Positions 35,690-48,099 of a stretch of 64,000 nt of DNA are shown piece by piece (the stretch's first letter is position 1; every line of letters starts with the position of its first letter). A model generated the notes under the pieces. The model saw only the letters and a list, made by a program, of their open reading frames with translations. It did no database searches and was not told the origin of the DNA. A program made the position numbers and the translations under genes. This DNA is from Octopus sinensis (lineage: Eukaryota), in assembly GCF_006345805.1 (NCBI RefSeq), contig NW_021833742.1, positions 103,424-167,423 of the forward strand. Direction: 5' to 3'.

Positions 35690-37330
35690 ATTAAGACGAC
35701 TCCAGCAAATTGGAAGTCCGCCTCAGAACAGGAGACATTAATGATTTCGGTCTTCGTTGCACCGAGAGGCCGAGGGCAGCCAGGGATAGGAAGATGTGTT
35801 CGAAACCCTGAATTACGTGTTCAGCACAGCCACCTAATGTGGCATCATCCAGATATTATAGATTGAAAGGAGAGACAGCAAGTCGAGCTGCCTTATCAAT
35901 AGTTATCACGAAGAAAAGGGGCTCAAGCGGGTCACCTTGTTGCATGCCAGTCTGCAAGCGGATGACCTCATTTCCATACACGAGACAACTCTCCAAACCG
36001 TATGTAAGTAAACGAGATGGATTATTTCCGGGGCTCATCGAGAACATGATTCCAAAATAGCATCGCACACTGTTGAAAGCGTTGGTGATGTCCAGCTTCA
36101 ACACGGTGAAATCAGTGGTAACAAGTTTGCCCATGGAGAAAAAACCCCTCGTGACGTGGATAGCTCCTTCGCAGCCTCCACCGACTTGGGTAGGTGAAAG
36201 CTTGGTCTCGATTCTAAACCCTCCTGGCTAAGACATTGTTGCAGAGCCTTCTGAAGTAGTTCCTAACCGTAATTGGCCAAACTTTATTGGAAAGCGTGTA
36301 GGTGGGCAGCAAAGAGAAGATGCCTCACAAAGGGTGGGATCCTTCCGTCGATGATCCTTCCAACCAGTTTGGTGATTGAATTCAAAAGGCGCGAACCAGA
36401 TTGACCGGTGATCGCTGATGTCATGTCCTTGATATGCCTCAGCCGAAGACCGTCAATTTTCCCGCAACTACTTGCTCCAAAAGATCTGACAAAATTTCTT
36501 TCTCAGTGAGGAGTTTCGGGGAGCATCCAAGGCCTTGGGTCTTCGGGGACCGGCAGATGCTTTGACCTCAGCAAAGTTGAAGTCCCTGGAGTAATCTCGA
36601 CAACAGAGTTGCCTGAGCATAAGACACGGGGGGTGCTCTCACATCTCCTTTGAGAAGCTTCTGATTCACTTGCTTGATTATCCTAGCATCTTTTCCGTTG
36701 CCATTTTCGCACGAATCGACCTTCCTCTGAGAGAAAAGGGAAAGGTAAAACAAGATTGTCGCATTCCTCACCGAAAAAGACTGCCCAGGACTTAATGGCG
36801 GACGTTATTCCCTTGTCGTCATTGGTCGCCTCGTGTTTGTTTTCAAGGACGAGAGGTGCAAAGATTAAGTTATGAAACGAAGGGAGGTCGTCTTCGAAAG
36901 TGACTGTTTCCGAAATAATTTGTACGAGGCAGGAGCACCCGTCAAAGGTGCTTCTTTGGAGATGTAGAGAGAGATCTCTCTTGTGCTACGGAGGAAGTAC
37001 AGGGACAGAATGAATTCATCAGTTGAGAGATTGTAACAGGAGGTAGTAGTACGAGCGGGTCGCTGATTTGAGCCAGCTCCCTTTGAATTAAAGAGGCAGC
37101 GGGCACAGTGCAATGTGCCCAAAACACTTGTAGTCGCCTTAGACAAAAATACACAGCTCAGATGGAAATGGCCATTACAGAGGATGCAGTGGATTCCCCA
37201 TTTGCGGGGGTTTGTCACGAGGCACGACTGGCATGCGGCCGGGCAATGAGTAAACAGCTCGGGTTTCTTCAGAGTTAAAGTTTTTCCGAAGTTCTTCATA
37301 TATTTCCCACAGGGCGCAGTGTTAATTTTG
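35690..37330 (-). mobile_element. CRE-like retrotransposon, 5' region plus RT, degenerate, with N-terminal PHD finger
   Basis: LKLDITNAFNSV, TGMQQGDPLEPLFF and WYLDDATLGG, plus GCEGAIH. ORF 36865-37299 has a C4HC3 motif (CQSC..CILC..HLSC..CARC). Confidence 0.85.
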
Positions 37331-37486
37331 TTAATTTAGTGCACACTCAAAAAAGAAACTTTGTTCTTTTTTGTTTTCTTGATATTAGTTTTTAGGTTTT
37401 TTTACTCTTTTTTATCTACAATAATTCAAATATATTTTTTTATGTTCTAAAATAAAATGAAAAATTAAAAACCATGCCAACAAAAA

Positions 37487-38502
37487 ATGGATTTGACTAT
37501 TAGACCTCATATCCGTACATTTACATCACAGGTTTTGTGTGGAAATTGGTATGAAGAAAAATGTCTCATTAGAGTACTAAATTATTTATTTTCAATATTA
37601 TAGGATAATATATCAGAATATATTAAAAAATATGAAAACGGAGATCTTTTATGTCAAAAAAATGAAAAAGTGAGGTCATTTCTAGACTTGCCCGTTAATT
37701 TTTTTTGAAATAATTTTAAGATTAAAATGGAACCTTCAACAGATGACTTTATTCACATAGGAGATAAAGTAGTTGTTATGAATTCGGAAGCGAAACAAAT
37801 AAGTTCAACATTTGAAGAGCAGGTTCCAGAAAACCTATGTTTGTCATTTTCTCCTCATCTGAACGAATCGGGCATATCCAAACAAATTTCGATCATTGTT
37901 CAATGATCGCCAGTCAACAAATTAATCTGCGAACTCCGAAGAATGTTTTTGTAATTAAAAGGTCGTAATTTAATTAATTTTTGATGATAATGTAGTGGCT
38001 TTTGCTTAAATGAACAAAGCGTTGGCGAAACTCTAAACTATGGTCAATACTTTTCAATCGAAACTTCTTTTGAATCTCTTAAAAATGTTGAAAGCTTATA
38101 AATTTTAAATTTTAGTATTACATTGGCAGTGTTTGTAGCTCAGATAGAAATTACGTGACAAAAAAAAGTCGAAAACCAAAAGCTTATCTTTATGACGAAC
38201 GAAGCTTTTCTACTAACTTTATGGTTTTACATCGGAATCCGCAGTTAAGATTTGAATTCGAAGGATCGCCTGTTAAAGTAAAATTGTAAAAATTTTTTTA
38301 AGAAAAACGATGATATAATTCTTCGAAATTGTCGTAATGGCCTTAATCTATGCATTGAACCTGAAAAATCGACGTATCTATTTTTTATTATTATTATATT
38401 AGATCTTATTACGAATTTGCAAATGAAATTTCTTGTAATTCAGTTTATGACGTTCATAAAGCGGAAAAAGTCTGTAATCTTTGGAGATTTATTACTACAT
38501 AA
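37487..38502 (+). CDS. CFAP161: Cilia- and flagella-associated protein 161 (one apparent frameshift)
   Basis: VLCGNWYEE, DDFIHIGDKVVVMN, GETLNYGQYFSI, HRNPQLRFEFEGSPV and YDVHKAEK..NLWRF. A 1-nt deficit near 37877-37890. Confidence 0.8.
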
Positions 38503-38959
38503 AATAACAGAATATAATTTTTACTAACATAAAATTAAATGAAATAATCTTTGACTACAAACTGAAGTATTGAAATATATAACTGTCAATTTTATGATAT
38601 TAGCAACAAAACACGATAAATATCAATTAGGTTTACTTTAATAGGAATTTATTACTTGAAAAACAATTTTTAAGAAATACGCTGTACTTTAGATCAACCA
38701 AATAAAATTCGAATTTGGCTCAATACTTAATTGCATATTCATTTTGTGGTTTATTTAAAGAAAAGAACTAAAGGGTGTAGTTTTTGTCTTTCAAAAATAT
38801 ATTTGTGAATATTTTTTTTAATTTTTGGTTTTTTGACAAAAACCTGCTATTCTTTAAATAAACAATTCTGAATAATTTTCCTACAAATGAAGATTTCTTC
38901 AAATCAAAAACAATATTTTTCATTTCAATTTTTTAATTTTGAGATTATTTTTATAATTT

Positions 38960-39280
38960 ATCAAATGTGTGGACTCTCTCTCGCCTCAGAACCTGCTGAT
39001 GTCCGCATCCGCCTCTGGATCTATTGCCACAACCGCGGAATGCAAAAAGATGCGGAAGTACTCCTCACTTATGGAAAAGTTCCAATTCCTCCCATTCGCA
39101 GTTGAGACTTCCGGTTCCTTGGGCGGTAAGGCAATCAGCTTCGTTTAGAAGATCGGGTCCCGCATGTCTGCTCACACAGGCGACGCCCGCGAATCAAGAT
39201 GGTTTTTCGAGCGGATATCCCTCGCAATAGTACGGTCTAATTCTTTCTCGATCGCGTCGGCTTCCCGTCCATGAAGTTTA
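38960..39280 (+). mobile_element. CRE-like 3' fragment
   Basis: AECKKMRKYSSL..FLPFAVETSGSLG..FERISLAIVRSNSFSI*. Confidence 0.8.
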
Positions 39281-39388
39281 GTTTCGGATTACTTTTTTTT
39301 TATTTCTGTAAACTATTAAAAAAATTTATCAAATTTACAAAATATATTTTTTATCTAATTAAAGTTCAAATTTTTATTTTGTGCTAAT

Positions 39389-40860
39389 ATGCCTTTATTG
39401 TATGAAAATTAAATTTTTAATCTATAAGAACAATTCCATCTATTGAAGAAATCAAATCAAATGCAATATTAGAGTTTTCTAAAAAATTTAAAACTCTCCC
39501 GAAAATAGTATCAGTTGCTCCAGGCAGAGTAAATTTGATTGGTGGACACATTGACTATAATGACGGTTTTGTTCTACCAATTGTATTCATATTTTACAAA
39601 CTATAGGCAATTTCTCTTGCTACTGTTATCGTTGGCTCACATTCTCACAACGGATCCAGTTCAATTACGACATTATCACCAGATATTAGCGAACCACATT
39701 TTGTTACATGTTCTGATCTATCTCAATGGTTTTCTCCTGGATATCCAAAATGGACAAATTATATTAAAGGAGTTCTTGTGAACTTTAAAGGTTTTTATGT
39801 ATATTATCAATGCATTTTATTTTTTAAAATTAAAAATATTTTTGATCACTTGTTATTATTTTTTATAATTCTAAAACGCATTTTTTCCGAGAAAAAGCAT
39901 ATTTTGTAATTTAGATTTTGCACGACCTTTTAACCTTGTCGTGGCTACTTCTATTCCAATTGGAGGCGGATTATCTAGCTCTGCTGCCCTTGAAGTCGCT
40001 TCATACCTGTTCTTTGAGCAACTCTTTTTAAATTCCACTAAAGAACCATCCTTGCTGTCCAAAGCACTTGTTTGTCAAAAAGCAGAACATAATTTCGCGG
40101 GAACTCCTTGTGGGATCATGGATCAACTTGTATCTTTTTGTGGAAAAGAAAATCACGCAGTTTTTATAGATTGCCAGTATGATTTAGTAGAGCCATTATT
40201 TAGATCTTGTGAATATAATCTAGCATCATTTCCCCAGAAAGATATAAGTATATTAGTCATAAATTCAAATGTCAAACACGAATTAGCTACTTCAGAATAT
40301 TCTTTCAGATTATCTCAATGTAAACAAGTTCTTTCAATTCTTAATATATCATCGTTTCGTGATTTCGAGTTACATCATTTTGATAGTTTGAATTTTTATT
40401 AAACATAGTGTTAAATGATTATCCTGATTTGAAAAAAAGAGCAAAACATGTAGTAAGCGAGATTGAAAGATCTAAAAAAGCTTTTGAATCGTTAAAAAAT
40501 GGCGAAATATATGAATTGGGAGAATTGATATGCAATAGTCATATCTCACTCAAGTTGTTATGGATAAATACTTTCTACTTTATATAGAAACGATTATGAA
40601 GTGTCTTGTGAAGAATTGGACTCTTTACAAGAAATACTCAGTTCAGCTGAAGGCGTTTATGGCTCTAGAATGACTGGAGGGGGATTTGGGGGTTCACTTG
40701 TAGCAATTGTCAATACTCAAGTAGTAGACACTGTTGTGGAAAGTATTGATGTATATATCTGTATATTTATTGACGTTAGAAATTTTACAAAGGTATTGCG
40801 ACTATAATGTCAGTTTCTCCCTCTGCTGGAGCTCATTCTTACACTCCTGTCGATATGTAG
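39389..40860 (+). CDS. GALK1: Galactokinase (GHMP kinase)
   Basis: [42 protein letters not shown] and [12 protein letters not shown]. Confidence 0.95.
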
Positions 40861-41004
40861 AGAGATTTATTTTTATTGGTTTCTAATTTTTCAATAATCA
40901 CTCAAACTAATGTTATTAATTGCAACATTAAAGCTATCTTAATAATAAAATGGTATGGTGTGTGTCTGTCTGTCTGTCTGTCTGTGTGTGCACACCAACT
41001 TCAA

Positions 41005-42085
41005 ATTGGCAATACGATGTCCTCGACTTACATGATGAGGTCCTTAAAACCTTCCCCCCAAAAAAAATTAAAAAAAATTTTTCTGCGTTTTGGTCAAAAT
41101 GAACAACTACGATGTCCTCGACTTACATGATGAGGTCCTTAAAACCTTCCCCCCCAAAAAAATTAAAAAAAATTTTCTGCATTTTGGTTAAAATGAACAA
41201 CTACAATGTCCTCGACTTACATGATGAAGTCCTTAAAACCTTCCCCCCCAAAAAAATTAAAAAAAAATTTTCTGCATTTTGGTTAAAATGAACAACTACA
41301 ATGTCCTCGACTTACATGATGAAGTCCTTAAAACCTTCCCCCCAAAAAAATTAAAAAAAATTTTCTCTGCATTTTGGTTAAAATGAACAACTACAATGTC
41401 CTCGACTTACATGATGAAGTCCTTAAAACCTTCCCCCCCAAAAAAATTAAAAAAAATTTTCTGCATTTTGGTTAGAATGAACAACTACAATGTCCTCGAC
41501 TTACATGATGAAGTCCTTAAAACCTTCCCCCCAAAAAAAATTAAAAAAAATTTTCTCTGCATTTTGGTAAAATGAACAACTACAATGTCCTCGACTTACA
41601 TGATGAAGTCCTTAAAACCTTCCCCCCCAAAAAAAATTAAAAAAAAATTTTCTGCATTTTGGTTAAAATGAACACACTACAATGTCCTCGACTTACATGA
41701 TGAAGTCCTTAAAACCTTCCCCCCAAAAAAATTAAAAAAAAATTTTCTGCATTTTGGTTAAAATGAACAACTACAATGTCCTCGACTTACATGATGAAGT
41801 CCTTAAAACCTTCCCCCCAAAAAAATTAAAAAAAAATTTTCTGCATTTTGGTTAAAATGAACAACTACAATGTCCTCAACTTACATGATGAAGTCCTTAA
41901 AACCTTCCCCCCCAAAAAAAATTAAAAAAAAATTTTCTGCATTTTGGTTAAAATGAACAACTACAATGTCCTCGACTTACATGATGAAGTCCTTAAAACC
42001 TTTCCCCCAAAAATCAAAAAATTATTTTCTGCATTTTGATTAAAATGAACAACGCGAATGTCCTCGACATTCATGATGAGGTCCA
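41005..42085. repeat. Tandem array, ~94-95 bp x ~12
   Basis: Unit aacaactacaatgtcctcgacttacatgatgaagtccttaaaaccttcccccc...ctgcattttggttaaaatg. Twelve tgtcctc cores counted. Variation is mostly in homopolymer length. Confidence 0.95.
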
Positions 42086-42305
42086 TTAAACCTTCAAGGC
42101 AAAAATCTCACGTATTAAGAATATCCTTGATGAAAACGACAGCGAGAATATTAACAATGATGAACTCCCAATTATTCGCGATAAAGAAATTGAATTCATC
42201 CTATGTTTTTCTCTTTAAAATTAAATGCATATATCATTATCGACCATGAATCAAAATTAAAGCTATTATCATATTTGACTTTGACAGAATGTGCAATCAC
42301 AGATT

Positions 42306-42510
42306 GCACGACTTTGAATAGAGTGTGCAATTAACAGATTTTGAAAAACCACTTTGATAGTTGAAACCACATTAGCACAATCATTAACACAATTTACCAC
42401 CAATTGACGCACGACCTTGAATAGAGTGTGCAATTAACAGATTTTGAAAAACACTTTGATAGTTGAAACCACATTAGCACAACCATTAACACAATTTACC
42501 ACCAATTGAC
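42306..42510. repeat. Tandem duplication, ~103 bp x2
   Basis: gcacgac(t/c)ttgaatagagtgtgcaattaacag...ccaattgac starts at 42306 and at 42409. Confidence 0.85.
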
Positions 42511-42871
42511 AGCGCAATCAGAAGATTTGCGTAAAAATATTAACTATTTACTTGAGTTTTTCGTAAAGATAGAATTTATTTTCGGTATGCCTCTTTTCCT
42601 AAACTTTTTTATTATTCAAAAATAATTTTTTAAATAGATAACCGAAGGAGGAAAAACGAAGCTGAAGAAAAAACGGTCAGCTTAATAAGGTAATTAATTA
42701 AATTTTTTTGTGTGTCGCTTTCTTGCCTGCCGCATTTCCGCCTGCCGTATCTCCCCCTGCCCATTTCCGCCAGTAAAAAATAAAAAAAGAAAAAAAAGGA
42801 AATTACAAAGGAAAAATGAAAAAATTAAATATAAAAAAAAATAAACCACAAAAAATGAAAAAAAAGTTGCA

Positions 42872-43054
42872 ATGACAATAAACAAGGCCCAGGGACAGTC
42901 ATTAAAGGTAGTTGGGTTATTTTTAGAGAGTGAGTGCTTTTCACATGGACAGCTGTATGTGGGATGCTCGAGGGTAGGCAGAAGAGAAAATTTATTCATA
43001 TATGCCAAGGAAGGACGGACGACAAACATCGTTTATCAACAGGCGATAGAATAG
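42872..43054 (+). pseudogene. Helitron PIF1-family helicase C-terminal fragment
   Basis: MTINKAQGQSL..VGL..FSHGQLYVGCSRV..TTNIVYQQ. Confidence 0.9.
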
Positions 43055-43279
43055 GGTTACATTAAACCAGGTAGTTTTATACATCTACATAAACTTATAG
43101 TTGTTTGATGAAACAGGCCCTCCGCAGGAGCTAGGTCGCGGTGAGCGAAGCGAGCTGCCGAGCTAGTAATTCTAATAAAAACGTGATCGGACAATTCTTT
43201 TTATTAGGAACTTCCGCCCGACTGCTGACCAGACTTCTAAAATTTCACCGTTTTTTGACCATTTTTTTTGAAAGTAAAT

Positions 43280-43440
43280 CTGCCGGATGAATAGATAACT
43301 TTCGTTCCCTCATCCTTCTAAACACCTGTGGAAGATGTCTAATCGTCTTTAATCGAATCAAAGACTCAACGGACGAATATTTTGCTCATAATCAAAGTGA
43401 TTTTAGGACGAGAAAGTATACGACTAAAATAATGTGATTG
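43280..43440 (+). mobile_element. Non-LTR RT remnant
   Basis: FRSLILLNTCGRCL..RIKD..EYFAHNQSDFR resembles the first RT motifs. Confidence 0.45.
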
Positions 43441-43779
43441 CAAAGTTTTTTAGATCATTACTCAGTCACGTTGACTTAAATCCTGTTATCTAAAATAAGA
43501 GTTTTAGTTGGAAATTATTTATCTCGAGATTTCTCACGGAACACCTAAAGAAGATTTACTATCTCTTCTATTTTTCTTAATATATCTAGAATCTACATTA
43601 TGGAACCTCTGGAAGCATCACAATGACAAAAACTTGAAAATACATACCCTGATGGTGTCGATTTTTTACTAAAAAATTAATAGTAAAAAATTAAAAATTC
43701 GAATTTATTAAAATTAGTTAACTATATTTCAAATAAAAATATATTATTTATCCCGCTTGATATATCGATTTTGTTGTGC

Positions 43780-45724
43780 ATGTTTTTTTAAGTTTTATTA
43801 TTTTGATAGGAGTAAAAGACAAAGAGTTGGTTTTGATTTACATGAATTGGAAGAATGGGAAGAGGATGTTGAATTTACTCAAGAAATTGTCAACCAGTGC
43901 ATAGAGTCAGAAAAACGGAATAAATCTCAACCTCATTCTGTATTTATTAACAAATTTAATATCATAAAATTATATTAAACATAACAATTTAGAATTTGAT
44001 TGTTTCCATTGACAAGAATAGTCAAGAAGCTCATCTACGTGCTCTTTCTCGAGAATTGGAAATGGCAAATGTAAAGACCGAACTACTGGAAAACGAACTT
44101 ATTTGTTACGAAGGAAAAGTCAGAGAAATGCAGGGAAAACTTCATCATCTTCAGTCTGAGAAAAGCCGAATAATTTTTGATAATCAATCTGAGCGGTGTC
44201 TAATAAATATAAATCAATAGAAAACGTTTATTTAAAACAAATGAGTCATCTATACAAGCATCACTTCAACGTGAACTCGAAACGACTCGAGATCAATTAA
44301 AATTCACTGAACGTGAAGTTGAAGAATTGAAACGTATTAGTTTGGAGAGACGCCAATGTGAATACGTGACAAGTTCATTTAAAAAGAATTCATCTGTTTG
44401 TGAAGAATTTTGTCAGACTTTAAATTTTCCTGATTTTGGCAGATTATTTAAGGGTTTTGAAGGTGGTTTTTATTTTTATAATATTTATTACGTTTATATA
44501 AATAAGCAAACTAGTTTTGTTATAAAAATACTTTTTATGTTTTCTGTATTTAGAAGAGGGGAATGGGGAAATAGAAAGTTGTTTATTGTTGTGGATATCT
44601 AACAATTTTGATTATTCTACAATGGCTTGGGAAATATCGAAAATTTTGGATAAGGAAAGAATTTCAGTTTCACAAATAGTCAGTGATTTTGGCAAATTTT
44701 CTGCAAATCCAAAGTCTGTAAATAACTTTAAGGCAGTTTATTCCCATGTTTTAATGATGCTGGCTGGAAATGTTTCTGCACTTTTTATTAATCAGTCTTA
44801 TAAATTTTCCTTTGCCAGCGAAGGTGAATTTTATTCTTTTGAAATTACTTGTTTGCTTAATTCACTTGTACAAATGTATAATCATCCTGGACATGTATTT
44901 ACGCCAACATTCAGTTTGTCAAAACACAATATTCTAAAAATCCTTCAACTTTTAAAACAAATTTTTGATATTTTTAATTCTTCAAGAATTGTTTACGACA
45001 AATTTTCCATTTTTATTAAAAATTCCCCTCAGCAGCACATGGATTGTTGTTTTCTTATTTTTATTCTCTTACTCTATTTTCCACGTTCTAATGTTTTTTA
45101 TGTGAAATTATTATTTTAGAGCAATTTGATTGATCGATATTCAATTGATATAATATCCATGATATTTCCCATTTTTTCACAACAGGAAATTTTTGATAGA
45201 AAGTTTTAAACTGAATTATTTATAGTTTAGTTATAATTTGTTAATTTCTACTATTTTACAAGTTCGAATGACTCAGGAGAATTCCAACCAGACATTAGTA
45301 TACATTATTTTAAAAATTTTTCCTCTCATGGATTTTTGGACTGCTTTTTGTGACTGCCGTGTTAAATGCTCTCAGAAGGGTTTGTTTTTGTGAAAAAAAA
45401 CTTAGCTTTTTATTGTTGTTTGTTAGGAAAACTATTTCAGTTTTTGGAACGTAACTTGATAGAATTCAAATTTGATTTCAAAAATAATTTACAATTGTGC
45501 AATGCTGTCTCGTTTTTAGCCCATAATATACCCTCTGAAGGTGATTACACGTGTCGATACAAGCTCCTATCACTGCTATCCTGCCTATGTCATTGGTTAT
45601 TGAGTTTCTGTTTATAATTATTTAGTTTGGAAGAAATTAGCGTGATAACAAAGTCCACAGCTCACAAGGACAGATTTTTGACCGTTTTTAAAAGAATTTT
45701 AACTCGAAATTTTTATATTTTTTA
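43780..45724 (+). CDS. ATRIP: ATR-interacting protein-like (acidic N-terminus, coiled coil, helical C-terminus)
   Basis: EEWEEDVEFTQE, then LLENELICYEGKVREMQGKLHHLQSE and RDQLKFTEREVEELK, which resemble the ATRIP coiled coil (EEEVLIKNGEIKILRDSLHQ, QSELQFKDAEMNEL). The 3' exons are uncertain. Confidence 0.6.
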
Positions 45725-46139
45725 ACAATTGTTCTTTTTCTTAGTTTTAACTATTTTTATTTTTTCACCACGATTTTCTAAAATTTTGAGCTTGTCAATT
45801 CATAATCAAAAAATATAATTTTTTTGAAATCGCACTCGTACCATTAGAAGAAGTAGATTTACCTGAATTACCCTGTGAACCGTTTATTCGAGGATATTTT
45901 TGAACTATAGCATCTGAGGAAAAAGAAAAAATATTTGTTTGGAAAGAGATCTATTTTTAATGTTTATTCGTACTTTTTTATTTCTATTTTAATCAAAAGA
46001 AATTTCTAGGATTCCATCGAAAGAGTTTTTTTCTTTGAATTTTTGAAAAGTAGATCCAATTAATTAGGGTTAGACATAATTTTTTACCTTTTTTTTCTAA
46101 CAATATTTTTAATTATAGAAAAGAAAATGGAACAGGAAG

Positions 46140-47134
46140 TCAGCTACTAGCCGCAGAGAGAATAGAGAAACTGTTCCCCCTAAGTACGGCTATTGAGACG
46201 CGCTCAAAAAGCCGATTGACCTCGCGGGGGTCGTTTCTAATCTTCCCGAGGTGACGGCCTCTCTCGGTGAGAAAACGTAGCGTGGCTGGGCCGAATGTGC
46301 CTGATGTTTCGACTGAAACGGGCACAAAGAGGAATCTGTCGGCGAGCGAGGCGTACTTGTCTTTCTTCCGGGTCTCTGCCCTCCTCGCCGCTGTGCCAGC
46401 TTCGATCGCGGACGCGAGAAGGCATGTTGACGCAAAAGTGTCAGAGCATGTCGCGTCCCAGACGATCGCTTTGCCGCACTTGAACGGGAAGAGCGAGACG
46501 CCGTCCGGCCTCTTGCCATCGCCCCTGTTAAGGCCAGAGGGCTCCAGCTGGCACGGGATGCCGGTTGCCTCGAGCAGACGCTTTATTATGGAATTAAGCT
46601 GTCCGTGCCTGGGGAACCTCCCAGGGCATTTGCGGCAGGAGAGCGGGTGTAGACCTTTGCGGTCTATATGAGCCCCGCAACGGCATTGGTGAGGCTGGCA
46701 AATGTCCAAGCCGAGTCGGAGAGATATTCCGATTCTTAAACAGTCTGGGTCCAGGAAGGTTCCAGCTGCAGGGGAAGGATAGGCGTTGATCCAGGCGCCA
46801 GTCCGTGGAGATGCTCCAGACAACAGACAAGCACGCCGTTGTTGGTCTCCGTGAGACAGTAAGTACCGGAAAGACTGAGAGCTGCTGCTGACTCCGTCCA
46901 CTCGCGCATAAGGCATAGGTCAACGGGAGTTTTTAGTCCGCAATCTGTCCACAACGATGTGCCGTATGAAAGCTCTGAGTCCGTGAGCGATCCAGAGGGA
47001 GGAGGAAGGATCTGGACTACGAGAGGCATGCATCGGTGAGAGGAAGAAAGAAAGCATGGCAAGGAGAGGACCGAGGGGGCTTGGAATCCGAGACCCCCGT
47101 GCCTGATAGGCAGGATAGCCTGTTTCCAGCCCAT
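46140..47134 (-). mobile_element. CRE-like retrotransposon, 3' portion
   Basis: LPIRHGGLG, TGAWINAYP, CRCG..GLHPLSC..GRFPRHGQLN, DGKRPDG, WDATCSDT, KY and VSVETSG. One frameshift. Confidence 0.9.
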
Positions 47135-47689
47135 TTCGTCAAAATGTACAATTTTTACCTTGTACCTTTGAGTTATATTTTTAATATTTTCATTCTTTAC
47201 TTATTTTTGCTCGTGCTTTCTGAATCACAGTTATTGTAGTTAGATCAACACTTTTCAGTTTTCAGACTAAAGTAGAGTAGTATGTTTATTTTAGATTAGT
47301 TTTACACAAATCAGGCACTGCCTCCTGTATTGTGGTAATACCGATTATATTTCCACTCATCTTTTTAAATTTTAGGTTCTAATTTTATATAAAGTCTTTT
47401 CCTGTTTTACTTTTTTGCAAGTTTGTCATTGTTATTAGCAAAGTAAAGTCTTTCAAATTATCGATAAATTAGGGGAATGGAAAATTCCATAATTTAATCA
47501 ATAATTTTGAAATATTTATTGGAAACAACCGAATTATTAAATTTTATCAAAATAATATTCAATTCTTTTTTGCTTCTTTTTGATTTTTTTGATTTTTTTA
47601 ATCACAATTGCTGTAAAGACCAGATTTTTTTAAAATTTTATGTTTATGAAATTGACAGTTCTTATACAGGACTATTACTGCACACTGAA

Positions 47690-47870
47690 GTTAGAGGCTG
47701 AAACGTCTCATACGCTTGGACCATCAACTCTTTGTTTCTTTATTGAGAGGCCGCAACCTCGGAAGATTTAGAAACGACCCCCGCGAGTTCAACAGGCTTT
47801 TTGAGCGTATCTCAATAGCCGTTCTTAGGGGGAACAGTTTCTCAATTCTCTCTGCGGGTAATTTTTAATC
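47690..47870 (+). mobile_element. CRE-like 3' end, inverted relative to the 46140 copy
   Basis: gaaacgacccccgcgag..tttttgagcgtatctcaatagccgttcttagggggaacagtttctc matches the reverse complement of 46150-46250. Confidence 0.8.
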
Positions 47871-48099
47871 GCCTTTTGGTTTGTTTATTTTCATTACCAT
47901 TCTAATAAATGTCATTTAATAAAAAATAAGGACGACATTCTTTTCGTTATCAATGTTTTCAAAAAAAATTTTTCAATATCGCCTTCGATTTATAATGGGT
48001 AAGTATCTCAGTTTCATACGTTTTGATGCCTTCGATTTATATTTCGACGTGGCCGATTAATTCGTTATTTAGCAAATTTTTAATTTATTAAAAGTTGTA

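Larger units (their letters stand above)
40937..43166 (+). mobile_element. Non-autonomous Helitron
   Basis: A|TC start, (GTCT)n near the 5' end, PIF1 helicase tail, GC-rich subterminal hairpin and CTAG|T end. Confidence 0.85.

Noticed and set aside
41005-42085. CRISPR-like array
   Set aside because: Whole units repeat with no unique spacers, there are no cas genes, and the context is eukaryotic and inside a Helitron.
20664-47239. Many overlapping or antisense ORFs in the track (e.g. 20816, 23474, 46267, 47036)
   Set aside because: They are shadows of GC-rich retroelement ORFs on the opposite strand or in other frames.
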